Shown here piece after piece: positions 8,469 through 18,000 of a stretch of 64,000 nucleotides of DNA. The notes below the pieces were generated by a model. That model made no database searches. It was not told the DNA's origin and worked only from the letters and a program-made list of their open reading frames with translations. This DNA comes from a virus (lineage: Duplodnaviria > Heunggongvirae > Uroviricota > Caudoviricetes): positions 285,489 through 349,488 of the IMG/VR virus record IMGVR_UViG_3300028914_000001; one strand, 5' to 3'. Within the stretch, counting starts at the first letter, position 1. Each line of letters opens with the position of its first letter. The translations under genes and the position numbers were made by a program.

Positions 8469-9952
8469 TTAACAACGCATTGAAAGAAGAAGGCAAGATT
8501 TTTACACCATTGTATATTGTGAACATCCTCCTCGATGTGGCGAAGTACACGACAGCCGAAAGTATCCTCGAAAAGCATTTCATGGACAACAGCGCAGGTG
8601 ATGGAAACATCGTCGTTGCCGCCGTTTCCAGATATTGCGTCGAACATATCCGTCACAACAGCACCAAGGACGGGTTGAAGCATGCTCTCGAAACCTATAT
8701 CCACGCCATCGAACTCAACAAGGCTAACTTCCGCCAGTTGAAACGCAGACTGGACGAGGCAGCCTCAATGTATGGCATCACGGATGTCAAATGGGATATC
8801 AGAGTCGCCGACGCCCTCTCCGTCCATGACTACGACGGCAAGATGGACTATGTCGTCGGCAACCCGCCCTATGTCCGTGTTCACAATCTCGGCAAGCTCT
8901 ACAAGGAAGTCAAGAACTACAAGTTCGCCGACAAGGGTATGTGCGACTTGTACCTTGCATTCTTCGAGCTTGGTATCAGGATGCTCAACGATACGGGTAA
9001 ACTCTCTTACATTACCCCGTCGTCGTGGATGCATTCCACGTCTGGCACAGGTTTCAGGAAATACCTCCTTGATAACGGCAACCTCTCGTGCCTTATCGAC
9101 TTCGGTCACAAGCAAGTGTTCAAGGGAATCACGACCTACTCGATGATTACCTGTATCGACAAGAACCTTAAAGACTCGTATGTCAATGTGGCCAACATCA
9201 ACGAGCTTGACCAGCTCCTTAACGGAAGGTGCAGGCGACTGTCCCTCCAAGACATGAATATCGAAGGAAAGTTCTACATCGGCGATTACAGCGACCTCAA
9301 AGAACTCCGTGAAATCAGGACAGGAAACTACGAAAAGAAGGTTGTCGTCAAGAACGGCTTTGCCACACTCAACGACAAGGTTTTCATTGATGCCGATGAC
9401 CTCCCGAGGATGTACTGCATTCCCGTCTTGAAGGCTTCTACGGGCAAGTGGGGAACATGTTTCTACCCGTATGATGCGACTGGCCATGCTATCGCCCAGG
9501 AAGACCTGTTGAAACCTCATCGTTTCGGCGACTCGATGGACGACTCCGTCGAGGCATTCCTTATCCACCACAAGGCCGAACTCTTGAAGGGCAGGAAGGA
9601 AAAGCCTGGGCTGGACTGGACCCACTTTGGTAGAACACAGGCTATCGGCGACGTGTACAAGGGAAAGCTTGCCGTGAATACGGTAATCAAGGACCCGGAC
9701 ACGGTAAAGGTGAACCACGTTGAGCCGGGAAAGGGCGTTTACTCCGGCCTGTATATCATGGGTAACGAATGCCGAGTCCCAGTGCCGACCCTGACAGCAT
9801 TGTTGACGGAAAAGAGATTTACCGACTACGTGGCTCTGTTGAAGAACTACAAGAGCGGCGGTTACTACACATTTAGCTCCCACGACTTGGAATGCTACCT
9901 AAATTACAGGTTGAGCCTTGTTAAGGAGAAACAAATTATCTATATTGGATAA
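8465..9952 (+). CDS. N6-adenine DNA methyltransferase (Eco57I/TaqI-like gamma class), orphan
   Basis: IFTP, DNSAGDGN motif I, VGNPPY motif IV, DLYLAFFE, YITPSSW. Confidence 0.9.
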   Translation: MINNALKEEGKIFTPLYIVNILLDVAKYTTAESILEKHFMDNSAGDGNIVVAAVSRYCVEHIRHNSTKDGLKHALETYIHAIELNKANFRQLKRRLDEAASMYGITDVKWDIRVADALSVHDYDGKMDYVVGNPPYVRVHNLGKLYKEVKNYKFADKGMCDLYLAFFELGIRMLNDTGKLSYITPSSWMHSTSGTGFRKYLLDNGNLSCLIDFGHKQVFKGITTYSMITCIDKNLKDSYVNVANINELDQLLNGRCRRLSLQDMNIEGKFYIGDYSDLKELREIRTGNYEKKVVVKNGFATLNDKVFIDADDLPRMYCIPVLKASTGKWGTCFYPYDATGHAIAQEDLLKPHRFGDSMDDSVEAFLIHHKAELLKGRKEKPGLDWTHFGRTQAIGDVYKGKLAVNTVIKDPDTVKVNHVEPGKGVYSGLYIMGNECRVPVPTLTALLTEKRFTDYVALLKNYKSGGYYTFSSHDLECYLNYRLSLVKEKQIIYIG

Positions 9953-9958
9953 TGAAAT

Positions 9959-10357
9959 ATGACTACGCCTAACAACCCAGAGTATTTTTGCAGCCTAGCC
10001 AAACGGTTAGTATTAACCGAAGCTAAACTGAAATCCGTCGTCAGGACGCTCGTAAAGAAGTCCATGCCCGCAGGGTATGAACTTCGTTCTATTATCGAAA
10101 TGGACAGGGTATTCTTGTCCTATCGGGCGGAACTCTGCAACAGGCGCAAGCCTGACAAGCGGATGCTTTGCGATTTCGAGTATAAGGATGAAAAGCTGGA
10201 AATTTGCGCATCGTGCGTAAACAGGTACAGCCAGTACTATGTCTATCCAGACAAGCCGTACGGTTTGAAATGCAGCAACGCCACGGAGACTTTCCCGTAC
10301 GATGAAGGAAAGCTTACGGAAACCCTTAAAATCTTTGATACCTTGGAGAAAATATGA
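9959..10357 (+). CDS. hypothetical protein
   Basis: 132 aa ORF in operon. Confidence 0.55.
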   Translation: MTTPNNPEYFCSLAKRLVLTEAKLKSVVRTLVKKSMPAGYELRSIIEMDRVFLSYRAELCNRRKPDKRMLCDFEYKDEKLEICASCVNRYSQYYVYPDKPYGLKCSNATETFPYDEGKLTETLKIFDTLEKI

Positions 10358-10506
10358 AAAGACCATATGTGAAGCCAAACATGGAAATCATCGAAAGTGA
10401 TGTAAAGACCCAGTTGCTTGCTGGTTCGGGTGAAGACTCTGGAAACCCGTATTGGGACCCTCCTCCAGACAAGGAAGGATGTGAAACGCCGTGGTGGTGC
10501 CCGTAA
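10354..10506 (+). CDS. 50 aa peptide with RiPP-leader-like N-terminus (not in ORF track)
   Basis: MKRPYVKPNMEIIESDVKTQLLAGSGEDSGNPYWDPPPDKEGCETPWWCP; GGAG RBS, ATGA overlap. Confidence 0.7.
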   Translation: MKRPYVKPNMEIIESDVKTQLLAGSGEDSGNPYWDPPPDKEGCETPWWCP

Positions 10507-10521
10507 CAGGAGGACAGGAAC

Positions 10522-10707
10522 ATGTGTAACGATGAACAGGAAAAGGTAATGCACCTCCAATGCAGTGACGGAGTCTTGAACTTCGCTATTCGGGCATACA
10601 TTGAATCCGAACTTGTACGGGACTTAATCGATAAGAAGCCTGGATGGATTGCTTCTCATACGATGCGTGATGTAGCCGACGAACTCGAAGAACTCTACAT
10701 GAAGTAG
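10522..10707 (+). CDS. hypothetical protein
   Basis: AGGAGG RBS, 61 aa. Confidence 0.55.
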   Translation: MCNDEQEKVMHLQCSDGVLNFAIRAYIESELVRDLIDKKPGWIASHTMRDVADELEELYMK

Positions 10708-10895
10708 GAGGCATGGGAAAATGAAACCGCTTAAATTTCAGCATTTTTATGGAACGTATGAGTCCAGGACTAGCGCTGCGGCGAAATGCTGCGAGTTTGT
10801 AAATGAGAATAAAATAGAGGTTGTATCTATCTCTCATTGCGAGTACGATGTCTTCCTTTACTATCGGGAAAAATAATAACCTGAAAGAGGCCTAT

Positions 10896-11345
10896 ATGTC
10901 ATTGAGATGCCAAATGGAAATCAACTGGTACGAAGTGGGAAAGGAAACTCCCCGTGAAGGAATGCTTCTATTCCTCGTAAGCGAAAAGGAAACCGACCTC
11001 ATCTATACGGGATACAGTACTGGCGGTCAGTTCCGAATAACGGGTCAGCTCGGCGGTATCTTGCCGCTCAAAGAGACGAAATTTACCCATTTCGCCTATG
11101 TTAACAACAATATGCTCCCGAAGAACTGCAAGCCGGGTTGTCTCGGTAGCGGTTGGCATCTTGCCAAGGACGAACTTCCTCCAGACGATGAACCTGTCGC
11201 CATCTGGCCTCCGTTCCAGAGTCAGCGCTTCGCCGTGTGGAACAAGGAATGCGACTGCTGGGATAGCGAGGACGGCGACGATTACATGTGCGACAAGGAT
11301 GTCGTCGAAATGTGGTATCCTATCAACTGGGGAGGCGTACAATGA
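10896..11345 (+). CDS. DUF551-like phage protein with two tandem units
   Basis: WYEVGKETP and WHLAKDELP repeats; GAGG RBS before ATG 10896. Confidence 0.55.
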   Translation: MSLRCQMEINWYEVGKETPREGMLLFLVSEKETDLIYTGYSTGGQFRITGQLGGILPLKETKFTHFAYVNNNMLPKNCKPGCLGSGWHLAKDELPPDDEPVAIWPPFQSQRFAVWNKECDCWDSEDGDDYMCDKDVVEMWYPINWGGVQ

Positions 11346-11536
11346 TAGACCATGAACGAGAAGCCGAACTTCTAGGCATTGCCGCTGCCAATCTCTCTAA
11401 TGCGAAGGAAGCCATGGTAGCTGTGTCCAGGATGCACTGGGGTTCTGACAAGGCCCTAGTTAACATGGCCCAGAATATAGGCAGCATTCTTGAAGATGTC
11501 CTAACTTACGGAAAACCAAACGAATAAAGGAAATAT

Positions 11537-12076
11537 ATGATTACCCCATCGAGTTTCAAGAAAACCTGTACAGAAGTTTTTGGTGAAGCCAACTGTGAGT
11601 TCAAGGAATACCGTGATACCATAGTTTACCACTATATCGACTGCGTCGTGGACGGTGCGAAGGTGGCTAAGCTAACCATCCGTGATGATGACCTCAGCAC
11701 ATCCTGCTGGGTATCGATTAAGAATGTGTGTATCGACGTACACTACAATTTCACATTAAAACGCCGTCTTAAACAGGCGGCCAAGCTGAGTTCGTCTACT
11801 CGTAAGAAACTGTTCGATATCTATTACGATATCACGAAAAAATTTCCTGACCTTAATAGCAGAGCCTGCGTTATTTTGGTTACCCACTATCTGGCTAACG
11901 TGGAGTTTTCCAGCTATGATGATATAAGGTCGTTCTATAGGGGCCTGTTTGTGAGTATTACTAAGAACAGCCCGGAAATTTTTCATCAGCTTGCTACCGA
12001 TATGGAAGACTATTTCCATTCTATGCTTGCTGAGGAGATGAAAAACCGTTTACAGTCTAGTACGCCAAGTAAGTAA
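11537..12076 (+). CDS. hypothetical protein (N-terminus paralogous to 48268..48777)
   Basis: MITPSSFKKTCTEVFGEANCEF vs MITIEYFKKVCKDTLGENNCRF. Confidence 0.6.
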   Translation: MITPSSFKKTCTEVFGEANCEFKEYRDTIVYHYIDCVVDGAKVAKLTIRDDDLSTSCWVSIKNVCIDVHYNFTLKRRLKQAAKLSSSTRKKLFDIYYDITKKFPDLNSRACVILVTHYLANVEFSSYDDIRSFYRGLFVSITKNSPEIFHQLATDMEDYFHSMLAEEMKNRLQSSTPSK

Positions 12077-12099
12077 ATGAGGGATAAGGAAGGATAACG

Positions 12100-12333
12100 A
12101 TGATTAGTGAAGACCAGAAAAAAGAAATCAATGAGCTTGTCGAACAGATGAAGTCGGAGGTCAAGGAAGACCATACGATTAGTGATGTTCTTCAAGATTG
12201 GGCCGAGTACTCTCTGACTGCGACATGGCGCCAATGTGAAAATGTCATATTGGCCGCATATCAAATCGGTAAAGAACATGGAAGAAATGAGACGCTTGAC
12301 AATCAACAAAAGGAGGTAACCCATGGTAACTAG
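12100..12333 (+). CDS. hypothetical protein
   Basis: AAGGA RBS, 77 aa. Confidence 0.55.
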   Translation: MISEDQKKEINELVEQMKSEVKEDHTISDVLQDWAEYSLTATWRQCENVILAAYQIGKEHGRNETLDNQQKEVTHGN

Positions 12334-12592
12334 AAAAGAACTTGCCGAGGCAATGCTTAAAAACGACAAACTCAAACTGGGTGTGACCGAAAAGTTTTAC
12401 GACCGTGAGTACCAATGTGCCTACTGCGGCGACAAGGGTCAGGTTATTTTCGACCAAGATAATCAGGAACTTGACCGCTATGAAAACGACTTCTGTGTTG
12501 CGGCCCTTCCTGTCGAGTCAGTGAAACAAGCCATTACCGCTCTGGAAGCGTACGTTGATACCGGGGAGCTTCCCGATGAGGAATATGTCTAA
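12323..12592 (+). CDS. hypothetical protein, tandem paralog 1
   Basis: 89 aa, AGGAGGT RBS, QCAYC motif. Confidence 0.7.
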   Translation: MVTRKELAEAMLKNDKLKLGVTEKFYDREYQCAYCGDKGQVIFDQDNQELDRYENDFCVAALPVESVKQAITALEAYVDTGELPDEEYV

Positions 12593-12637
12593 TGGACTTA
12601 ATAACGATGTTTAACAATGAACAAAAGGTGGTAAACT

Positions 12638-12907
12638 ATGATAACTAGACAAGAACTTGCTAATGCAATGCTCAGAAGTTACAAACTCAAAATGGGAGTG
12701 GTAGAAAAGTACAACGGCAGCGACGACCAATGTGCATACTGTGACAATAACGGTCAGGTAGTCTTCGACCAGACCACCCAGACGATTGAACGATACGAAA
12801 ACGGTTCCGCCGTTGCTCGTGTTACTGTCGGGGCCATAGAACCAGCTGTCGTAGCGATGGAAGAGTATGCGACTACGGGTCACCTTACCGCAGAAATTTA
12901 TCTCTAA
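12638..12907 (+). CDS. hypothetical protein, tandem paralog 2
   Basis: 89 aa, colinear with 12323..12592. Confidence 0.7.
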   Translation: MITRQELANAMLRSYKLKMGVVEKYNGSDDQCAYCDNNGQVVFDQTTQTIERYENGSAVARVTVGAIEPAVVAMEEYATTGHLTAEIYL

Positions 12908-13107
12908 TGGGCATTTGATAATGACATCCAGAAACAAGCACGAGAAACTGAACGGGAGAAAACTGACTAGGTCGACTCCCCGAGATTGCAGGAGCAGCCA
13001 GAGGAACGAGCATGCAAAGCGTGGAGCGTTCTATGACCAGAGCATACGGCAGCGCTTGAATATGGAAGCAAAGGTTGAAATCGTAGATGCTGCACAGGAG
13101 TAACGTT

Positions 13108-13326
13108 ATGGCAAAGCTTGAAGTTACTGACGTTATTGAAAAGGAAGGGCGTACTTGCTTCTACTGCAAAGATACCCTGATTTTCAGTTCTCCTACACAG
13201 GTTCCCGAGAAGTTCCAGGTATCTCAGGAGGCATGGGACAATGCTCGTCAAATGTGTGTGGATGCCCGCATAAGGGGCAACTGGGTTGGTGAGGATATTA
13301 CCAATCCGATTCCGTTTGAAGGTTAA
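13108..13326 (+). CDS. hypothetical protein
   Basis: AGGAG RBS before ATG 13108; CFYC. Confidence 0.5.
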   Translation: MAKLEVTDVIEKEGRTCFYCKDTLIFSSPTQVPEKFQVSQEAWDNARQMCVDARIRGNWVGEDITNPIPFEG

Positions 13327-13349
13327 CAATAAAATGAGGAATAGGTGAT

Positions 13350-14174
13350 ATGAACCCAAGTTCAAAACTAGAAGCGGCCCTCGACTCGATGGTCTTGAAT
13401 CAAGAACAGAAAGACAAGATTCGTGATGCTTACACGGAAGATTTGCGTAGGCAGACCGACAATATCGGCGACATGATTGATGCGTTCAAGGAAAAGCTGA
13501 ACAAGAACAATACCGAGGCGCTCAACAGGACCCGCAAGGAAGTTACCAAGCAGATGTGGAATAATAACCGCATTGACTTGGAGAATGAAAAGGAAAAGCT
13601 AGAAGCGGAGTTCAAGAAGAAGCACGAGGCTGACGAAAAGCTTGAACAGAAGATGCTTGAAACGGTTAACGTCGCCGCCGAACGCTATGCCAATTACAGG
13701 CTTGGTGAAAAATGTACGGAAGGTGATGTCGAGGCGTTGAAGGCGTTGGCGAAGGACATCTTTGAACACCTGAAGGCCGAGATGCAGGTCCCGCTGTTCA
13801 TTGTCACGGTGACCTATCAGCACGACATGGATGTCGAAGACCGTAAAATCTACATCGGTCGTGACCCAGTAAAGGCAAAGCGTGCATTCATGAACTACCA
13901 GGAACTTTGGCACAAGGACAGCAAGCGTAAGTTCCCGAACCCGTTCAAGTATAAGGAGAGCAACGGTTATTTCGAGGGAGCCAAGTATCTGGACGACGAA
14001 ATTACTGGCAAGCAGGCCGACGAAATGTTGTCCGACGCCCTTGACGAGGCCATTGCGAACAAGCATGACTACACAATCAGGCCAGACGATATTGGCGAGG
14101 ACCTGGACTTCAATAATTCCCCATGCTCTCTGGAAGTGATTGTAGGCGACTATGAAACCTACGGCGGGGTATAA
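13350..14174 (+). CDS. coiled-coil hypothetical protein
   Basis: 274 aa, E/K-rich helical N-terminal half. Confidence 0.65.
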   Translation: MNPSSKLEAALDSMVLNQEQKDKIRDAYTEDLRRQTDNIGDMIDAFKEKLNKNNTEALNRTRKEVTKQMWNNNRIDLENEKEKLEAEFKKKHEADEKLEQKMLETVNVAAERYANYRLGEKCTEGDVEALKALAKDIFEHLKAEMQVPLFIVTVTYQHDMDVEDRKIYIGRDPVKAKRAFMNYQELWHKDSKRKFPNPFKYKESNGYFEGAKYLDDEITGKQADEMLSDALDEAIANKHDYTIRPDDIGEDLDFNNSPCSLEVIVGDYETYGGV

Positions 14175-14260
14175 TGAAAACCTTCACCTACGGCTTTGCC
14201 GCAATAATGGGCGGTGTAATCATCGGTTATATCGCTTTGCATTTAATACTCCCGGCCTAG
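14174..14260 (+). CDS. 28 aa single-TM peptide (not in ORF track)
   Basis: MKTFTYGFAAIMGGVIIGYIALHLILPA, TAATG coupling to the upstream stop. Confidence 0.45.
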   Translation: MKTFTYGFAAIMGGVIIGYIALHLILPA

Positions 14261-14275
14261 TTTCAGGCAAAAAGA

Positions 14276-14300
14276 AAAGGGCAAGCATTGCTTGCCCTTT
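14276..14300. terminator. bidirectional terminator between convergent units
   Basis: AAAGGGCAAGC-att-GCTTGCCCTTT with A-tract on the left. Confidence 0.8.
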
Positions 14301-14315
14301 GTTAATTCCCGTCTA

Positions 14316-15041
14316 TTAGACGTACTTGTATCCAGGCGGAATCCAGATGGTGAACCTGTCGTACTGGAAGGTCGCCCTCCATTCACCGAGGTCGGCTACA
14401 CCGTAGGTTCCCGGCTTTGGCAATTCGACCTTTTTCGGCCATGCGTTGATATACGTGATGGAGAAGATACAGTCACCATACATCCAGTCGTAGTATTCGA
14501 GCGTAACCGTCTGGTTACGGAGAAGCTGTACGGTCGGGTTAGACCAGTTGGCTTGCTGGCCCAAACCGAGGTGGATGTGGTTGGATGAATCCTGTGCGAT
14601 ACGGTTCGTCTGCCAGTTGGCGTCAGAACGGTTTGCCAAGGTGAGCTCACCTGTGTTGTAGATGAGGTTTCTCCATTCCATCATGGCTTCGTACGGAGCC
14701 ATATCTTCCGTACAAACACCACCGATAGAGAACTCGCCATCAAGGCCAGTCTGTCCAACGGGGTAGTGCTTGTTGAAGCCCATGTATTGGAAAGACTTTT
14801 CTTGCAGGGCGACAGCAGGGATGGTAGGCGGCTGCTGCACATAGAGTGCAAAGGACGCTTCGCCATCCTGAATGTCGAACTGGTCGTGGTTTTGAAGGTC
14901 CATTCCGAAGGCGTGGAAGATTTCCGTAGAAATCAACATCCTCCAACGGCTGGTCCTATACGGGTCTGCGAGGGTGTCGATGGCAGCGCCAAAGAACACC
15001 TTTTTCTTCAATTCGTCGTCTATTGTCTGGTTGATACCCAT
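14316..15041 (-). CDS. tail tube protein (T4 gp19-like)
   Basis: Directly downstream of the sheath; DPYRTSRW, MEWRNLI, YINAWP, F.YD motifs. Confidence 0.85.
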   Translation of the reverse strand: MGINQTIDDELKKKVFFGAAIDTLADPYRTSRWRMLISTEIFHAFGMDLQNHDQFDIQDGEASFALYVQQPPTIPAVALQEKSFQYMGFNKHYPVGQTGLDGEFSIGGVCTEDMAPYEAMMEWRNLIYNTGELTLANRSDANWQTNRIAQDSSNHIHLGLGQQANWSNPTVQLLRNQTVTLEYYDWMYGDCIFSITYINAWPKKVELPKPGTYGVADLGEWRATFQYDRFTIWIPPGYKYV

Positions 15042-15054
15042 AGTTTACCTCCCA

Positions 15055-18000
15055 TTACACATAAAGTGAAGTGGTCTGAGTGTTGCTAGAACCATTGGAC
15101 TCAACAATAGTTCTCAGTGTAATCCAGCGAGAGGTCTTGGTCGGCTTCAAGCGGAGGTCAACGTGCAACTCGTTCCTGTCGATAACGTCAGGGGTGTTGT
15201 TCGTGTCGTCGCAGATAGCCGTACCTGAGTACAAACCAGCCGGGTTAGAGTTCATGATTGCATCCAACTGAGCCTGCAAATCGGACTGAATGTTCGTACG
15301 CAGGTTGGTCGTATTCAACTGGAAGACCTTCCTATCGAGGTAGTGATAGAACATCTTGTGAATACCAGCCAAGAGCATAGCGACATGAATCTGGTCGAAT
15401 GCAGAGCTTTCCTTCTGCATCGTGAAGTCGCCCCAGATGAACATTCCACGGCTGTTGAAACGAGTCGGGTTGACCCTGATTTCAGTCAAACGGGCAATGT
15501 TGGAATCCGTGTCTTCAGGATACTTGAAGGTTCTCGGATACTTTTCGGTTACACCCCATTCAGTCGGGATGACAGCGTTGATTTCACCAGCAGGCGGCAA
15601 CCACCAGATACCGTTGGCAGCGTTTGCCGTGATGATGGAAGCGAGCTGTACGGACTTCACCACTTCCACATTCATGAGCGTGTAGTAGCTGTCGAAGAAT
15701 ACGCCACGACCATCATAGATAGCACCCCAGCGTCCCTTCACTCCGAAGCCTTGTGCGCCAATCATCTTCTTGAGGGTTGTCTCGATGTTGGCTTCGCCTA
15801 CGCCGTCAAGGATAGCGAAGCAGTCCTTACGGAGTTCGCAAACATTGAGGATTGCGGAAATGACCGTACCATCGAGAACCTCACGGTTCTTCTTGAACAG
15901 GTTCTTGACACCAGTACCAGCACCGATGAGCATCGACACGTCCGTGCCGTCCTTGTCAAGGAACAGGTTCCATGCGTTGGACAGGGTTGCCGAGTCGCTG
16001 TTGTTGGCTGGCGTGTATTCCCAGATTGCGTCGTTGATGATGGCCGGGTCACGTTCATCGTAGGAAAGCATCGTGGAGACAGAGTCGAGATGACCGTTCT
16101 CAACGCTCTGAGACAAGTCGTAAGCGTTGTTCGTGAGGAAGTTGTCGAGGATGCCGCTGTCGTTGATGAGGAGCCTTGCACCGCTGTCCGTGAGAACAGA
16201 GTCGGCCACGTCACCAATGTAGAGGTTTCCGTCATCATGCACGTAAGGCACGATGGTTCCTTCCATCTCGTAGGTCTTGCCGTTGAAGTGGTAGGTGATG
16301 TAGAGGTACATCCTTGCGATGGCCTCGCCTTCCGCAGAAAGCACATACACCTGCTTTGCAACGCCGTTGAAGTTCACATCTTCATACTTGACGGATGCAA
16401 GACCCATTGCGTTGAACGAAGCACCGATTTCGTCGCTCACGAGGAGCTTGTCGGTACGCTGGACAACACCGTCGTTGTATGTCGTGTAATCAAACGTGAG
16501 TATTCCGTCATCGTTTGCGAGGAACTTGTTTTCCTGTACGCTTGCCGGAACCGTCAGGTCGTATGCCCCGAGCATGTTGAACGTAAGCCCGTCCTTACCA
16601 GATGTCCAGATGTTGGCATTGGATGCCGTCAGGTCGACGAGCTTCCATGTGCTGTTTGTACCGAACTTCTTGATATTGAGCTCATCGTCATATTCGACTG
16701 TGTTGGCGTGGCTCAGGATAACGATGTCCTTGAATGTATTTATGTTCTGAACGACATAAACATCGTTCTTGTCGAAGTATTTCGGGTCGGCTGGCTTGTT
16801 GGACTTCTGCCTTACGAATGCTACAAGGTCGCCAATGTTGTACTGCGTAGCAGTTCCAAACGGGACTTGCACACCGAATGTTGATGTCGTGTTGTACTTT
16901 GTCCTGTCGGCAATGTCAGAGAGTTGAGTAACATTGTTTCCAAGGTAGGTGTTGATTGCGAATCCTTCCTTGTTGAATGCAGCGAGAATATTATTCGTCG
17001 TTGCAGTGAGGTTGATTATCTTACCTCCAAGAGAGGTGTTGTCGGCAACTTCCTCACCGTTCTTTCCAGTGATAGTTATTGCACCAGAACCAGTCACTGC
17101 GGTGACGTAATATTCCTTCTTACCGTCGGTGTCTAGCTGGATGATGTCGTCGGCAGATACCGTACCTACTTCAACCATTCCACGAGTCTGCAATTCGGAA
17201 GGCTTGCCCGTTAGGTCCTCTGGGAACACGAGCGTAACGACGTACTGGGTCGTTGTCGTTGTCACCTTGTAAGTAACTGACTTGGTGACCGTAGCGCCTT
17301 GCTGTGGAGCACTTTCAGCAGCAACCTGGTAGGTCAATACCCATTTGTTGTTGGTGGTGTCGACGGATATTTCTGCACCAGACACTACTGGATTGCTTGC
17401 GTTTTCGGGGATAGTTGCGCTTGCCGTAACTGTTCTAGGGTCTCCTGTCTCACTCACCGAATCAACAGTAAATTCTACATCATGAGGAGTTGTGTTTTCT
17501 ACAGTATTGCTCTCGACCTCTGGTCCAGATACTTTAACGCCAACGTATTCTTTGGTCGTTTCTTCAGTACCATCAGTGAAGGTTGCTACAACGGAGTCAT
17601 CAGCATTAATTGACTTCATGAAGTTTTTGGCTTCATTCTCAGTATCAAACGATGCGATGAGTTCGTTATCGAATTCTTCGGACGCTTCGACGTTATCGAG
17701 TACCACGGTGTTCAATATCTTCGGTCGATTGGTATTGACATTCAACGTAACAATCTTTGCAGATGCGTCGCATGTTTCCGTTCCAATAGAAGATATTTCG
17801 TAAGCACTGAATTGCTCCACTTCGCTCTCTACGGTAGCGTCCAAGGTGACTCTTGCTACACCTTCGAGCGTAACCGATTCGACCGTACCTGTAACCGTCT
17901 TCGTGATGGTTTCCTCATCAACAGTAACTTGGTATGTAAACGTGATGATATCACCCGCTTCGATGACAGCTTCTTCTGGCGTAAATGTAAGAACCTTGCC

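Noticed and set aside
8465-9952. Restriction-modification system
   Set aside because: No recognisable endonuclease is adjacent; treated as an orphan protective MTase.
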